From the NCBI GenBank assembly GCA_050916095.1, contig CP050901.1, positions 1,655,474 through 1,719,473 on the forward strand: a DNA stretch of 64,000 nt, in the 5' to 3' direction. Under the pieces are notes generated by a model. It saw only the letters and a list, made by a program, of their open reading frames with translations, was not told the origin of the DNA and did no database searches. Made by a program: the position numbers and the translations under genes. This document shows, one piece after another, positions 18,039 to 28,300 of this stretch (position 1 is the first letter of the stretch; each line of letters opens with the position of its first letter). This DNA is from Rhizobacter sp. Lineage in GTDB: Bacteria > Pseudomonadota > Gammaproteobacteria > Burkholderiales > Burkholderiaceae_C.

Positions 18039-19080
18039 CGCATCGTTTACTAAGCGATCACGTTTTTAAAATTTTTGGGTCTGGGCTCCCACTCGAATCG
18101 TGCTCTGGTACTGCTGTGCTGAATTCACAGCAGTGTCCATTCGCGGCGTTGTCGCAGCTTTTTCGAGCAGCGCAGATAGCACGCTGGGTTTTGACCGTCC
18201 AAGTCTCACCTCAGTGGCAAGGTGCTTCGACTTCGATGGCACGACTCGTTTTGTTGATCTCACAAGCGCTGCAGTGGCAAACGCAAACGACGTGTATCAG
18301 CGAGGTTTTTGGGTGGCCTGTATCAGCCGTGCTTTTGGCGATTTTTAGTGGCCATTTGGCGCGCCCAAATCACGCTACCGAAAAGGGTTCTAACCCGCAG
18401 AGCTTTCGGTTGGCGAGCACGGTTACCACATTGACGGGTATAGCGACCCATTGCAAACTGAAGACTCTTGCCGGACCACTGTTCCGGTCCCATCGAGGGA
18501 GAAACAGGCCGGGTTCCTGCTTCCGGTCCCAAGAAGGAAAAACAGGCGTCGCAGTCGTTACCTGCCTCAGAGAACTTTTTTAGTCTCTCCCGTGCATAGG
18601 CGCAAGCCTCTGCACCCGTTCAAAAGACGCGCTGCTGTGCACCGGCTGAGCAGCGACAGTCTCGTGCCCCCGTGGCCTCTATGCACTGCGCTTGTGCGCC
18701 GCCCGGTAAAGAAGGCCACCGTTTTTTTTTAAGCGCACCCAGCCACCGCTGCTTGCGCCGCGAATTGCAAGAGCCAGCGTCGTCACTGGCGGCTAGCTGA
18801 CAGTGACGACGCTCTAACATGGCTTTCTCCCCTGTCAAGGGCCCAATTTTTGCCCCGTGACGGGGTGAAGTGACGAGCAAATGGAAGGCCCAAGCCATCG
18901 TTGGCAACGGACGCAAAATGCCGTTGTCAAGGCTGCTGATGAGCGCCGCACAGAGCCTCGAGGTCGCAGATTATTTTGACCCCTCCCCCCACTGCGGGAA
19001 TTTTTACGCCCACCCCCAACGTCAGTGGGCCAGAGGACTCAGGCCCTGGGCTTTCAGTTTGCCTAAGAATTTTTTTAGTG

Positions 19081-19620
19081 GATGAGGACTTGCTGCCCTT
19101 GTCCCATGGCGCGGTTGAATCTGCGCCCGATTGACTTGCGTGGTGACAGCCCTGCTGTCACCACGCCGCCGAGTCCCCCGTCAGAGGACGCTCGAAGGTC
19201 AAGCCTTCGATTCGCAAGGGGTTGCCCCCTTCACACTGGAGTGCGGTGTCGAACCGCCCCCGCTTTGAGTTGCCACGGCTTGACCGTGGCTGTCTCCGCC
19301 AGATTCCCGTCAGAGGATCAGCGAAGGTTAGTTTTTTGCCTTTGCAGTGGATGAGGTTCTGATGACCTTCATCCAGCGGCGCGGTTCGCCCCGCGCCCAA
19401 AGTCTCCGCATGGCCACAGCTCCGCTGTCGCCATGCCGCCAGGTTCCCCGTCAGAGAACTTCAGAAGGTCAAGCCTTCGGATTGCAAGGGTTTGCGCCCT
19501 TCACCTTTGGTTGCGGCTTGTCCCGCACCGCCCTTGAGTTGCCACGGCTTGACTGTGGTGGCCCACGTCAGATCCCCCGTCAGAGGATCAACCACTGAAC
19601 GTGTGCGAAGCACACCCCTT
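19081..19620. repeat. two tandem ~270-bp repeat units (~75-80% identical) with conserved hairpins
   Basis: Both units begin GATGAGG..., contain CCCGTCAGAGGA sub-repeats (4 copies), and have hairpins TGGTGACAG/CTGTCACCA and GCCACGG/CCGTGGC that keep pairing through partly compensatory changes. Confidence 0.6.
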
Positions 19621-19862
19621 GGACCCTGGGTCAATGGTCTGCTGTGTGAGCTGTACCCACAGGTACGACACACAGTGCCACATGCGCGTGCAACGCAGGC
19701 AAGTTGTACCCCTTTGCACAAACGGGATTGGTGTCCCGTGTCCCTTGTGATTCCTACTCGCTGCGGCGTTTGGGATGGACAGAAACACTTACCGATTTTT
19801 TGGCACCACGTTTTCATTTTTGGTTTTCTTGTTTTTGCTCCGCTGTTTTCAAGAGGTACCCC

Positions 19863-20729
19863 ATGCGCAACCTGAACCACGATTTCAAGAACCTTGCCCG
19901 TCGCAACCGAGATGGGTCGTTTGCGACCCAGCATGACCGAGAGGTCATGCTGACCTTGGTCGCGAATCAATTGCACGAAGGGGGCTTCCGGCATCTACGG
20001 GCCACGGGGGTGCGCTCCAAGCATGTGGAGCATTTGGTGAACCGCTGGCATGAAGAAGGCATCAGCCCCGGCACCTTCAAGAACCGGATGAGCGCTTTGC
20101 GTTGGTTGGCCGAGAAGATCGGCAAACAAAACATCGTGGCCCGTGAGAATGCGGCCTATGGCATTGCGGATCGGCGCCACGTGACGAATGAATCCAAGGC
20201 CCAGTTGTTGGAAATCGCACGCCTTGATGTGGTGACCGATCCGTACACGGTGTTGTCGCTGAGGCTGCAAGAAGCCTTTGGTCTGCGGCGGGAGGAAAGC
20301 ATCAAGCTGCAGCCCGTTTGGGCCGATCGTGGCGATGTGTTGCGACTCAAGGCCAGTTGGACCAAAGGCGGCAAGGAGCGGGAAGTTCCGATCGTCACTG
20401 ATGTACAGCGCCTAGCGTTGAACGATGCCAAACAGTTGGCGGGTTCAGCGTCCTTGATCCCTGAAGGCATGTCCTACCGCGACCAACTCAACCGCTTCAA
20501 GGCGCAAGCGGCCAAGGCGGGCATCAACCGGGTGCATGGGCTGCGGCATCAATACGCGCAGCGGCGGTATCAACAGCTCACCGGATGGAAGGCTCCCGCA
20601 GCGGGTGGGCCAACTTCAAAGCAACTCAGTGCGGAGCAGAAGGCGTTGGACCGGCAAGCACGCCTTGTTGTCTCGCGTGAGCTGGGTCATGAGCGCGAGC
20701 AAATAACTTCGGTTTATTTAGGCCGCTGA
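19863..20729 (+). CDS. tyrosine recombinase / phage-type integrase family protein
   Basis: C-terminal HGLRHQYAQRR ... LGHEREQITSVYLGR (H-x-x-R and catalytic Tyr). Start trimmed to MRNLNHDFKNLA. Confidence 0.7.
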   Translation: MRNLNHDFKNLARRNRDGSFATQHDREVMLTLVANQLHEGGFRHLRATGVRSKHVEHLVNRWHEEGISPGTFKNRMSALRWLAEKIGKQNIVARENAAYGIADRRHVTNESKAQLLEIARLDVVTDPYTVLSLRLQEAFGLRREESIKLQPVWADRGDVLRLKASWTKGGKEREVPIVTDVQRLALNDAKQLAGSASLIPEGMSYRDQLNRFKAQAAKAGINRVHGLRHQYAQRRYQQLTGWKAPAAGGPTSKQLSAEQKALDRQARLVVSRELGHEREQITSVYLGR

Positions 20730-20763
20730 ACCAGAACCGCAATGCATGACTGGTCAGACCGCC

Positions 20764-21135
20764 ATGAACACGCTGGACCTGGTTCAAGCCGCACACCTGC
20801 TAAAGGTGCATCCAAAGACCTTGGAGCGTCTGGCACGCAGTGGTGCGGTTCCGGCCTGCAAGGTGGGACGCGCCTGGGTCTTTGTCGACGACTTGCTTCT
20901 TGAAATGCTGGTGTCAAAATCGACCTCGCGTGTGTCCGTGGTCGACTTACAGGAGAACTCTGAATGTCGCTCTACAGACGCAAGGACTCACCATTTTGGT
21001 GGGTCAAACTCCCGCTCATTCGCGGCGAGTCGAAGCCTTTACAGCAAAGCACTGGGACTGCCGATAAGCGGCAGGCGCAGCAGGTCCATGACCAGCTCGC
21101 CGCCGCCCGATGGGAGCAAGAACGGCTTGGTGTGA
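20764..21135 (+). CDS. AlpA/Xis-like helix-turn-helix excisionase-family protein (3' extent uncertain)
   Basis: MNTLDLVQAAHLLKVHPKTLERLARSGAVPACKVGRAWVFVDDLLLEML is a classic phage regulatory HTH. The ORF as drawn overlaps the int start by about 170 bp. Confidence 0.5.
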   Translation: MNTLDLVQAAHLLKVHPKTLERLARSGAVPACKVGRAWVFVDDLLLEMLVSKSTSRVSVVDLQENSECRSTDARTHHFGGSNSRSFAASRSLYSKALGLPISGRRSRSMTSSPPPDGSKNGLV

Positions 21136-21998
21136 AGGCCCGGCACACCTGGGAAGAGGCGGTACTGCGCTGGCTCTTGGAAACGAAGCACAAGGCCACG
21201 CACGAAGATGACAAGGCAAAGCTTCGCTGGCTGGATTCTTACCTTGGAGGAAAGTACCTCGACGAGATCGACCGAACGCTGATTGACCGGATCAAGTTTG
21301 ACCGCGAAAACGTCTCTTCGCACTCAACAACAAACCGCTACTTGGCTTTGGTGAGAGCGATTCTCAAACGTGCTTGCAACGAGTGGGAATGGCTGGAACG
21401 GGTGCCCAAGTTCAAGTTGTTCAAGGAAACCGAAGGCCGGGTTCGTTCATTGACACCGCAGGAATTTCAGACGCTGTTGAATGAACTGCCGGAGCACTTG
21501 TTCGACATGGCGGTGTTCGCAGTGGCAACCGGGCTCAGGCAAGCCAACGTGAAGGGCTTGCAGTGGTCACAGGTGGACTTGGAACGACAACATGCCTGGA
21601 TTCCTGGAAGCCAGCACAAGAATGGCAAGCCGCATTCGGTGCCTTTGAACGACATGGCCTTAACTGTGTTGGGCAGGCAACTGGGCAAGCACCCGAGTTG
21701 TGTGTTCACTTACCAGGGTCAAGCCATCGAGCAAGTCTCCACGCGGGCTTGGCGGCGGGCGCTGGAGCGGGCAGGGATTGCGGACTTTCGGTGGCACGAT
21801 TTGCGGCACACGTTTGCGACATGGCACCGGCAGGCCGGAACACCCACCCATGAGCTACAGCGGCTCGGTGGTTGGAAAACCGGCGTGATGGTGGAACGTT
21901 ACGCCCATGTCGCACCCGAGGCGTTGCAAAGTGCGGCCAGCCGGTTGGATGGGTTTGGTGGCTACGATTTGGCTACGCCACAAAGGACAACGGCTTAG
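20964..21998 (+). CDS. int: tyrosine-type site-specific integrase (phage/island integrase adjacent to tRNA)
   Basis: 344 aa with R...HDLRHTF...Y catalytic signature (WHDLRHTFATWHRQAGT ... VERYAHV). Ends 29 bp from the 3' end of tRNA-Asn. Confidence 0.85.
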   Translation: MSLYRRKDSPFWWVKLPLIRGESKPLQQSTGTADKRQAQQVHDQLAAARWEQERLGVKARHTWEEAVLRWLLETKHKATHEDDKAKLRWLDSYLGGKYLDEIDRTLIDRIKFDRENVSSHSTTNRYLALVRAILKRACNEWEWLERVPKFKLFKETEGRVRSLTPQEFQTLLNELPEHLFDMAVFAVATGLRQANVKGLQWSQVDLERQHAWIPGSQHKNGKPHSVPLNDMALTVLGRQLGKHPSCVFTYQGQAIEQVSTRAWRRALERAGIADFRWHDLRHTFATWHRQAGTPTHELQRLGGWKTGVMVERYAHVAPEALQSAASRLDGFGGYDLATPQRTTA

Positions 21999-22026
21999 AC
22001 ATTTCTGTCTAAGCCGTTGATTTTCT

Positions 22027-22102
22027 TGGCTCCTCGACCTGGGCTCGAACCAGGGACCTACGGATTAACAGTCCGGCGCTCTACCGACTGAGCTATCGAG
22101 GA
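22027..22102 (-). tRNA. tRNA-Asn (GTT), 76 nt with encoded CCA
   Basis: Reverse complement reads TCCTCGATAGCTCAGTCGGTAGAGCGCCGGACTGTTAATCCGTAGGTCCCTGGTTCGAGCCCAGGTCGAGGAGCCA. Anticodon loop CU-GUU-AA, T-loop GGTTCGAGCCC, 7-bp acceptor stem TCCTCGA/TCGAGGA. Confidence 0.9.
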
Positions 22103-22151
22103 ATTGAGCCATAGATTATAGCCTTAATTTTTTGGTCTTGACTACTGCCGA

Positions 22152-24356
22152 TCAAAGATCAGTTTGCACTGACAAGCGGAAGGTTCGCGGTGCCATGGGG
22201 TAGAGGTAGACGTGGTCGAACTGGTAAGGCGACTCGCGCCAGCGGCGTTGGTCGAACACGTTGCTCACACCGGCCCGCCAAATCCACTGGCTGGTGGATT
22301 TGTTCCCTGCACCGCCAGTGCGGTAACGCAAGCCCAAATCCACCTGCTGGGTGCTGGGAATGCTGACGCTGTTGTCGGGCAGCACTTGTCGGCGGCTTTC
22401 AGAAACAACATCGGCCAACAATGCCAAACCCTGCAGCGCAGCCACGTCGTAGCGCGCTTGCAGCTTCACCGTCGTGGTCGGCACGTTCACCGGCGTTTTG
22501 CCGTTGATGTTTGGGTCTTGGCTGTTTTGCCGCTTTGCGTGCAGCCACTGCAAGCCGCCCTGCAGTGACCACGGACCGCTGCGCAGGTTGGTGGTCAGCT
22601 CGATGCCTTGGTGGCGAGCTTGTCCATCCGTCTGGCGCGTGCAGGTGCCGCCTGGGGTGTCGCTGAAACAATCTGGCCCGACGCTGGTTGAAACGGGGCG
22701 ACTGATGTCAAACCACGCGACCGACCAGGCCAGGGGTCGGCCGCTCTTTTTCAGGCCAATCTCGGTTTGTCGGCTACGCAGTGCAGGCAAGGCCTGACCT
22801 GCATTGGTGAAGCGCGCGCGGTTGGGGGCTACATCGCTTTCAACGCCTTGGCCCCAACTGGCGTAGGCCGTGGTGTCGTCGTTCAGGGCAACGCTTGCCG
22901 CTAACCACGGGGTGGTGAACGATTGCTGGTAGCTCGTTGCACGCGAGCCATTGGTGCGAATGCTGTCGCGCTCCAATCGGCTGTGACGCAGGCCCAGCCA
23001 CGCGGTGAGGTGGGGCGTGAATTTGACCGCGTCGCGTACAAAAAATTCGGTGCTGCGCTCATCGCGGTTGGTGTTTTGATCGGTCAAGGCCGGGTCGGCC
23101 GGTGTGATGGCCGTGCCGATCACATTGCCGCTACCCACGTAGTTGTAGGCCTGCATCTGAAAACGTTGGATCAGCTTGTTCTGCTGCACGCCCCAGGAAA
23201 GCCGGTGTTCCAAATTGCCGGTTTGAAATTGGCCATGCGCGGCCACCTCCAAGCTATGCAAACGGCGGCGCTCGTTTTCGCTGCGGAAGTCGTACATGTC
23301 AAAGCTGCCATCCGAACAGTAACGGTCGTAGCGCTCTTCTGCACTGCAGCCATAGGCGTAAGCGAGGCGGTCCTGGGTTCGCAGGCGTTGGCTAGCAGCA
23401 TGGGCTGTCCAGCGCCACTGCGAATTCAGACGCTGGGTGTAACGCAGTGAGTAGGTGTCTGCGTCCATCACCACAGGCAAGGACCATGGCTGGTTGTTCA
23501 GGTTAATACGCGCATCGTTCACTGCGGGCAGCGTATTGCCCAGCAAACTGAAGCCGGGTTGGCTGCGCTGGCTGCGGTGGCTGGTTTCAAACTCCGCTTC
23601 CAAAAGAACGTCGGGGTTGATGCGCCAATCACCGGCCACGGCCAACAAATTGCGGTGGCCTTGCAACTGACGTACGAAAGAATCCAAACGTTCATAAGCC
23701 GCATTCACCCGCAGGCCGAATGTTTGATCCTTGCCAAATCGCTGGCTGATGTCCACCGCGCCCAAGAGTGCGCCGTTGTCTCGCCATTCCACGAAGGCGT
23801 TGCGCAGCGGCTCGGCCAAAGGGCGCTTCACCACCAAGTTGACCAAACCGCCTGGGCTGCTGACGCCAGTTTGCACGCCACTGGTGCCTTTGAGGATTTC
23901 GATGCGTTCTTTGTTGTCCAGTGGCAGCGAGGTTTCTGCGCTGATGGGCAAGCCATCACGTCGGAAGTTTCTGCGGTGGTCCACCACATACCCACGAATC
24001 GTCAGGTAGTCCCAATACCCTTCGCTGTTGTAGGCGTCGCTCACAGCGGGGTCGAGTTTGGTGGTGTTGGACAAACGCGAGAAGCTGCGGTCGCGCTGCG
24101 CCTCCAGGTTGATGGTGCTGGCTTGGAACGGGGCCTTTGCGGCAGGGACGTCACCCCAACCGCTCACGTCAGCAGGTGGGTTGGCGCGGCCTGTCACCGT
24201 GACGGGTTCAAGTGTTGGGGTGTTCTGGTTGGTGGTCTGCGCCCAAAGGCTGCTGCTGATGCAAAGCAAAAGAGCGGCATGTGCAATGGGCTTCAGCGCT
24301 GAATGACGCTGATACTTGGTCGAGCGGGTCGTGTGTGATGCGAAGAAATTTGCCAT
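22152..24356 (-). CDS. TonB-dependent siderophore receptor
   Basis: Signal peptide ...LLLCISSSLWAQT, plug and barrel regions. Start trimmed to MANFFASHTTR. Confidence 0.8.
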   Translation of the reverse strand: MANFFASHTTRSTKYQRHSALKPIAHAALLLCISSSLWAQTTNQNTPTLEPVTVTGRANPPADVSGWGDVPAAKAPFQASTINLEAQRDRSFSRLSNTTKLDPAVSDAYNSEGYWDYLTIRGYVVDHRRNFRRDGLPISAETSLPLDNKERIEILKGTSGVQTGVSSPGGLVNLVVKRPLAEPLRNAFVEWRDNGALLGAVDISQRFGKDQTFGLRVNAAYERLDSFVRQLQGHRNLLAVAGDWRINPDVLLEAEFETSHRSQRSQPGFSLLGNTLPAVNDARINLNNQPWSLPVVMDADTYSLRYTQRLNSQWRWTAHAASQRLRTQDRLAYAYGCSAEERYDRYCSDGSFDMYDFRSENERRRLHSLEVAAHGQFQTGNLEHRLSWGVQQNKLIQRFQMQAYNYVGSGNVIGTAITPADPALTDQNTNRDERSTEFFVRDAVKFTPHLTAWLGLRHSRLERDSIRTNGSRATSYQQSFTTPWLAASVALNDDTTAYASWGQGVESDVAPNRARFTNAGQALPALRSRQTEIGLKKSGRPLAWSVAWFDISRPVSTSVGPDCFSDTPGGTCTRQTDGQARHQGIELTTNLRSGPWSLQGGLQWLHAKRQNSQDPNINGKTPVNVPTTTVKLQARYDVAALQGLALLADVVSESRRQVLPDNSVSIPSTQQVDLGLRYRTGGAGNKSTSQWIWRAGVSNVFDQRRWRESPYQFDHVYLYPMAPRTFRLSVQTDL

Positions 24357-24617
24357 CGTGGTTCCGTGTTGCGATGGCAGGTCGGCGGCCCCAACAAAGC
24401 GTTGCCACGTCAAGTGGCGGCGATGCTTGGAGCATGCTTCCCTGCGCGAGGATTACCTCAATCAGGTTCAAAGGGACTTTCTCAGTCGAGCCGTGGCGAA
24501 CACGGCCCAACACCCCTAGCGAATGCGGCAACAGTTTGTTGCCGCAAGGGAGATTATCGCTTCAGTTGAAAGCCCATGGCCAGGGCAGGCCGAAGGGGCA
24601 CCGCTCACACGCGGTGT

Positions 24618-25337
24618 TCACGCCGTGGACAGCGTCACCCACAAGGATTCAAACGCGGCATGAAACTGCCTGAGCAAGCCTGGGTCGTTGCTGAGTACCA
24701 GGTTCTCTTCGTTGTGTTCGCAGGCGCTGCGCGTCCAGTTGTAGCTGCCGTTGAGCAGCCAGCGGCGGTCGAAGAGGGCGTATTTGTGGTGCATGTGGGC
24801 GGGCGTGAAGTCAACCCGAACGTTGATGCCCGCAGCGCGCAGCCTGTCAATGTCGCTGCCAGTATCAAAAGCCTTGTCATTGTCGGTGATCAAACGCACC
24901 ACCACGCCGCGGCGGTGGGCTGCCAGAACCTCCTGGCTGATGCGGTCGTCCGAGAGCGTGAAAACACAAATGTCCACGCACTCACGGCTGCTGCGTAATT
25001 GGCCCAGGATGGCGTTGAGGCAATCGGCTCCAGGACTGAAATAGGCCTGCGCACGGTGGCTGCCGCCAGCCGTGCGAGAGACATCCAGCGCGCGCATCAC
25101 GCCCTCCAGCCAGCGCACCAGGGCTTGGGGTTCGGCTGATTCCAGCGTGCCAAGTTGTTGGCGCACCAACTCAAACGCCCCGTTGCGCAGTTGGCGCAGC
25201 CCTTCTTCTGGCAGCTGGGCATCACGCAGCGTTTGGGTGAGTTGGCGTTTTTCTTCGTCGCTGAGGCGGGCGTCTTGCAAGCTGTCTTGCAATTGCCGGC
25301 GCAAACTATGTAGCACCTCTTGGGCGGGGGCGGACAT
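24618..25337 (-). CDS. phospholipase D-family (Nuc-like HKD) nuclease
   Basis: HMHHKYALFDRRWLLNGSYNWTRSA is an HxK(x4)D(x6)GSxN motif. Start ATG lies 1 nt after the TGA stop of the upstream giant gene, indicating translational coupling. Confidence 0.75.
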   Translation of the reverse strand: MSAPAQEVLHSLRRQLQDSLQDARLSDEEKRQLTQTLRDAQLPEEGLRQLRNGAFELVRQQLGTLESAEPQALVRWLEGVMRALDVSRTAGGSHRAQAYFSPGADCLNAILGQLRSSRECVDICVFTLSDDRISQEVLAAHRRGVVVRLITDNDKAFDTGSDIDRLRAAGINVRVDFTPAHMHHKYALFDRRWLLNGSYNWTRSACEHNEENLVLSNDPGLLRQFHAAFESLWVTLSTA

Positions 25338-25338
25338 A

Positions 25339-28300
25339 TCAGCTTCCTTTGCCTTTGGGTGCGGTTTGGCGGGACCGTACGTCTTCCAGTTGTTTGGCCA
25401 CACGCTCCACTTCGTTGTGAATGGAATGGTCGAGGTTGAGGCGGTTTTCTGTGGCCGCAATCAAAGGCATCAGGATTTTTCGGTAGGTGACTGCTATCTC
25501 CAGCATCGCCTCGGCCAGGCGCACGCCTTCTGACTCTGTTGGTTTGGGCACTGCGGTCTGCGGCGGTTTGAGGCCATCCACCGCACGTGCCACGTCGAGC
25601 AAGGTGGTGGCGATGCGGGTGCTGCCGTCGGTGTCGCTGCCGCCGAGTTTGCGTTGGCGCACGAACTCTTCGCAAATGGCCTGCCAGCGCTGGGCTTCAT
25701 CGGGCGTGGGTGTGCCCAGCAACTGCGCCAGCTTGAGCAGGTTTTCTTCTGCGCCGGTGGTAAGGGTTTGCGCCTCGCCCCGGTAGTGGTCGCGCAGCAG
25801 CGCGTCCAACTCGTCGTCGCGCATCTGCGGGTTGATCTGCGCTGCGAGTTTGGTCATGTTGCGGTAGCTGCCTTGCAGCTTGAACGGCGGCTCGGTGCGG
25901 TAGTCGTCTTTTTGAGCGGCGGACTCGATGTAATTCAGATTGACCTTGAGCAGCAGGTCCCGGGCGCGGAACAGGCGCTTGAAGAGTTGTGTGAGTTCTT
26001 CGAGCTCAGCAGCGCCGTAGGGATGAGTGAACTGGCTGTCTGCCACCTCCTGGCCTTGCGCACGTTGCACGAGCAGGTGCACGTCTTTCGGGTCGCGTGA
26101 CGACAGCGGCAGCAGCACAGGGTTGGCGGTGAGGCTGTTCTCCAGGTAGGACAGCGCGAAAAGCGCTTCGCGGCCCGACAGCACATCGCCGAGGTTGTAG
26201 ATGTCGGCCCGGTTGGCCAGCATGTCGGGAATCTTGAACACATCACCCGACTCGGTGTAGGGGTTGCCCGCCATCACCACCGCAAAACGTTTGCCGCGCA
26301 GGTCGTAGCTGCGCGGCTCGCCATTCCACACGCCTTCTATGCGGCGTGTGCCGTCAGCCAAGGCGATGAACTTTTGCAAGAACTCGGGGTGGGTGTGCTG
26401 AATGTCGTCCAGGTAGAGCATCACATTGCTGCCCATGGCCAGGCCGAGGTTGAGTTTTTCCAGCTCTTGTTTGGCCGCACTGTGTTCGGCCGACGCCGGA
26501 TCAATCGAGACCACATCGTGGCCCAGCGCCGGGCAGTTGATGCGTACAAAAACCATGCCCAAACGGTCGGCCACATACTCCATCAAGGTGGTTTTGCCAT
26601 AGCCGGGCGGGGAGATCAGCAGCAGCAGCCCCATGCGGTCAGTGCGGGATGCATCACCTGCCGCACCCATTTGTTTGGCCAGGTTGTCGCCGATCAGGGG
26701 CAGGTAGACCTCGTCGATCAAGCGGTTGCGGACAAAGGTGGACAGCGGCTTGGCCTGGAACTGGTGCAGGCGCAATCGTTTCTTTTCTTGGCTGATGAGC
26801 TCGTGGCGCAGACGCTGTAGCGACTCGAAGGCCGGCAATACCTGGTTCTGATGGTGCAAAAAGCGCTGCCAAAAATCATTGAGATTGAGCCTGAGCTGGC
26901 CTTGCTGTAGACGCGGATGTTCGCTCAACAAACCGTCAACCTGTATTTCGAGTGTGGCGTTGATGCGTTGCCTCGGCGTTTGCAGACATAGCACTGTGGC
27001 GGCTTCGTCCGCCCAGCGCCGGTTGTCATGGTCTTGCGTGTGGCTGGCCGCATAGGCTCGCGTCCAGTCGCGCGCCAAACGCCAGCGCTCGGCGGGGCTA
27101 CTTGCGGCGAGGTCCCGTTGCCAATCGGCCCAGCGGCCCCGTTGCTCCAGCTCGCGCCGCAAGCTGCTGGCCAAATCGTCGGCGGGGCCAGACACCACCC
27201 AGCTCGCGGTCGAGCCATCCATGCTGGCCAATTGCCGCACCAGGTAGGCGGCCGCCTGGGCGGCGCGGGTGTCGTTCAGCGCCTTGTCGCGTTCATTCGG
27301 TGCTTCATCCCCGTGCATGAACTCGCTGGCAAAACGTTGCAAAGCCAGGGCGGTGTCGCCTTCCAGAGTGATCAGCGCTTGCTGCGATGAAAACAGTTGC
27401 TGCATTTGCAGCGCGGCGCGGGCGCGGCGTTGCAATGCCTCGCAGGCATCGGCCTTCAAGCCTTGAGTCGCGTAGAGCATGGCCCAGGCCCGCTCCACCG
27501 GACCGAAGGCCAGCAAACCCGCACCGTCTTGCATGCGCACCAGGGCAGTCAGGATGCGCGTCGCATCTTCGTCGTGCACACCTTTTTGATAGCCCTCTTG
27601 GTAGCGCGGAGCCGCCAGGGTACGCACCAACTCGATGACAGGTGTGGCTCCGGTGCTGACTTCATCGGCCCTGCCCACCGCCGCAACCAGATCGGCCCAG
27701 GGCAAGGTATGTTGGCCTTGCAGAACCGCTTGCATCAGGCAACCGGCAAGGTATTCGGCGCGGCTGATATCGGCGGTCTCAGAGGCCAGGCTTTGTTCCC
27801 AATAAGCCTTCAGTGCGTCCAGGCGCGCATCGTTGACTGGCGCCATGTAGTCGGTGCCCGTGATCTGAAACACCGGGCCTTGTTGGCTGGGCAACAGGCT
27901 CAGGTCCAGGGCCTGGCGCTGGATGGTGAAAGCATGGCGCCCGAAACGCAGGGTGTTGCCGTCGGCAGCGACCAGATCGCCTTTGTCGCGGACCATGCGC
28001 AAGGCCTGGTCGCGGGCCGTCTTCAATCGGGTGGAAATGTCATCGGCCTGGACCGCCGCGCCCAGGCTGCGCAGGTCGTCCATCAGCTGGCGCAGCTTGG
28101 CCAGCAACGGGTCGCCTGCGAAGTAGCCGTGGATCTGGCCCACCTCTGCGAAGCCCGAGACCCGGCGCGGGATGCCGTCCAGAATGCGGCCTGCTGCCTC
28201 GGCCACGGCCTGCGCGCGACGCTGCCGCGCTTCCACCAGGCTTTGCCGGCGTGCTGACAGCGCATCCACCACGGCTTCGCGTTTGTTGGCTACATCGGTG

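Noticed and set aside
17987-18583. 198-aa plus-strand ORF
   Set aside because: Low-complexity, non-protein-like composition. It overlaps the iteron-like repeats, so it is probably non-coding.
18040-19080. tmRNA, RNase P or other classical RNA gene as the island integration target
   Set aside because: I found no tag-peptide reading frame (ANDExxALAA-stop) and no tRNA-like 3' end with CCA. The only tRNA detected is tRNA-Asn at 22027-22102.
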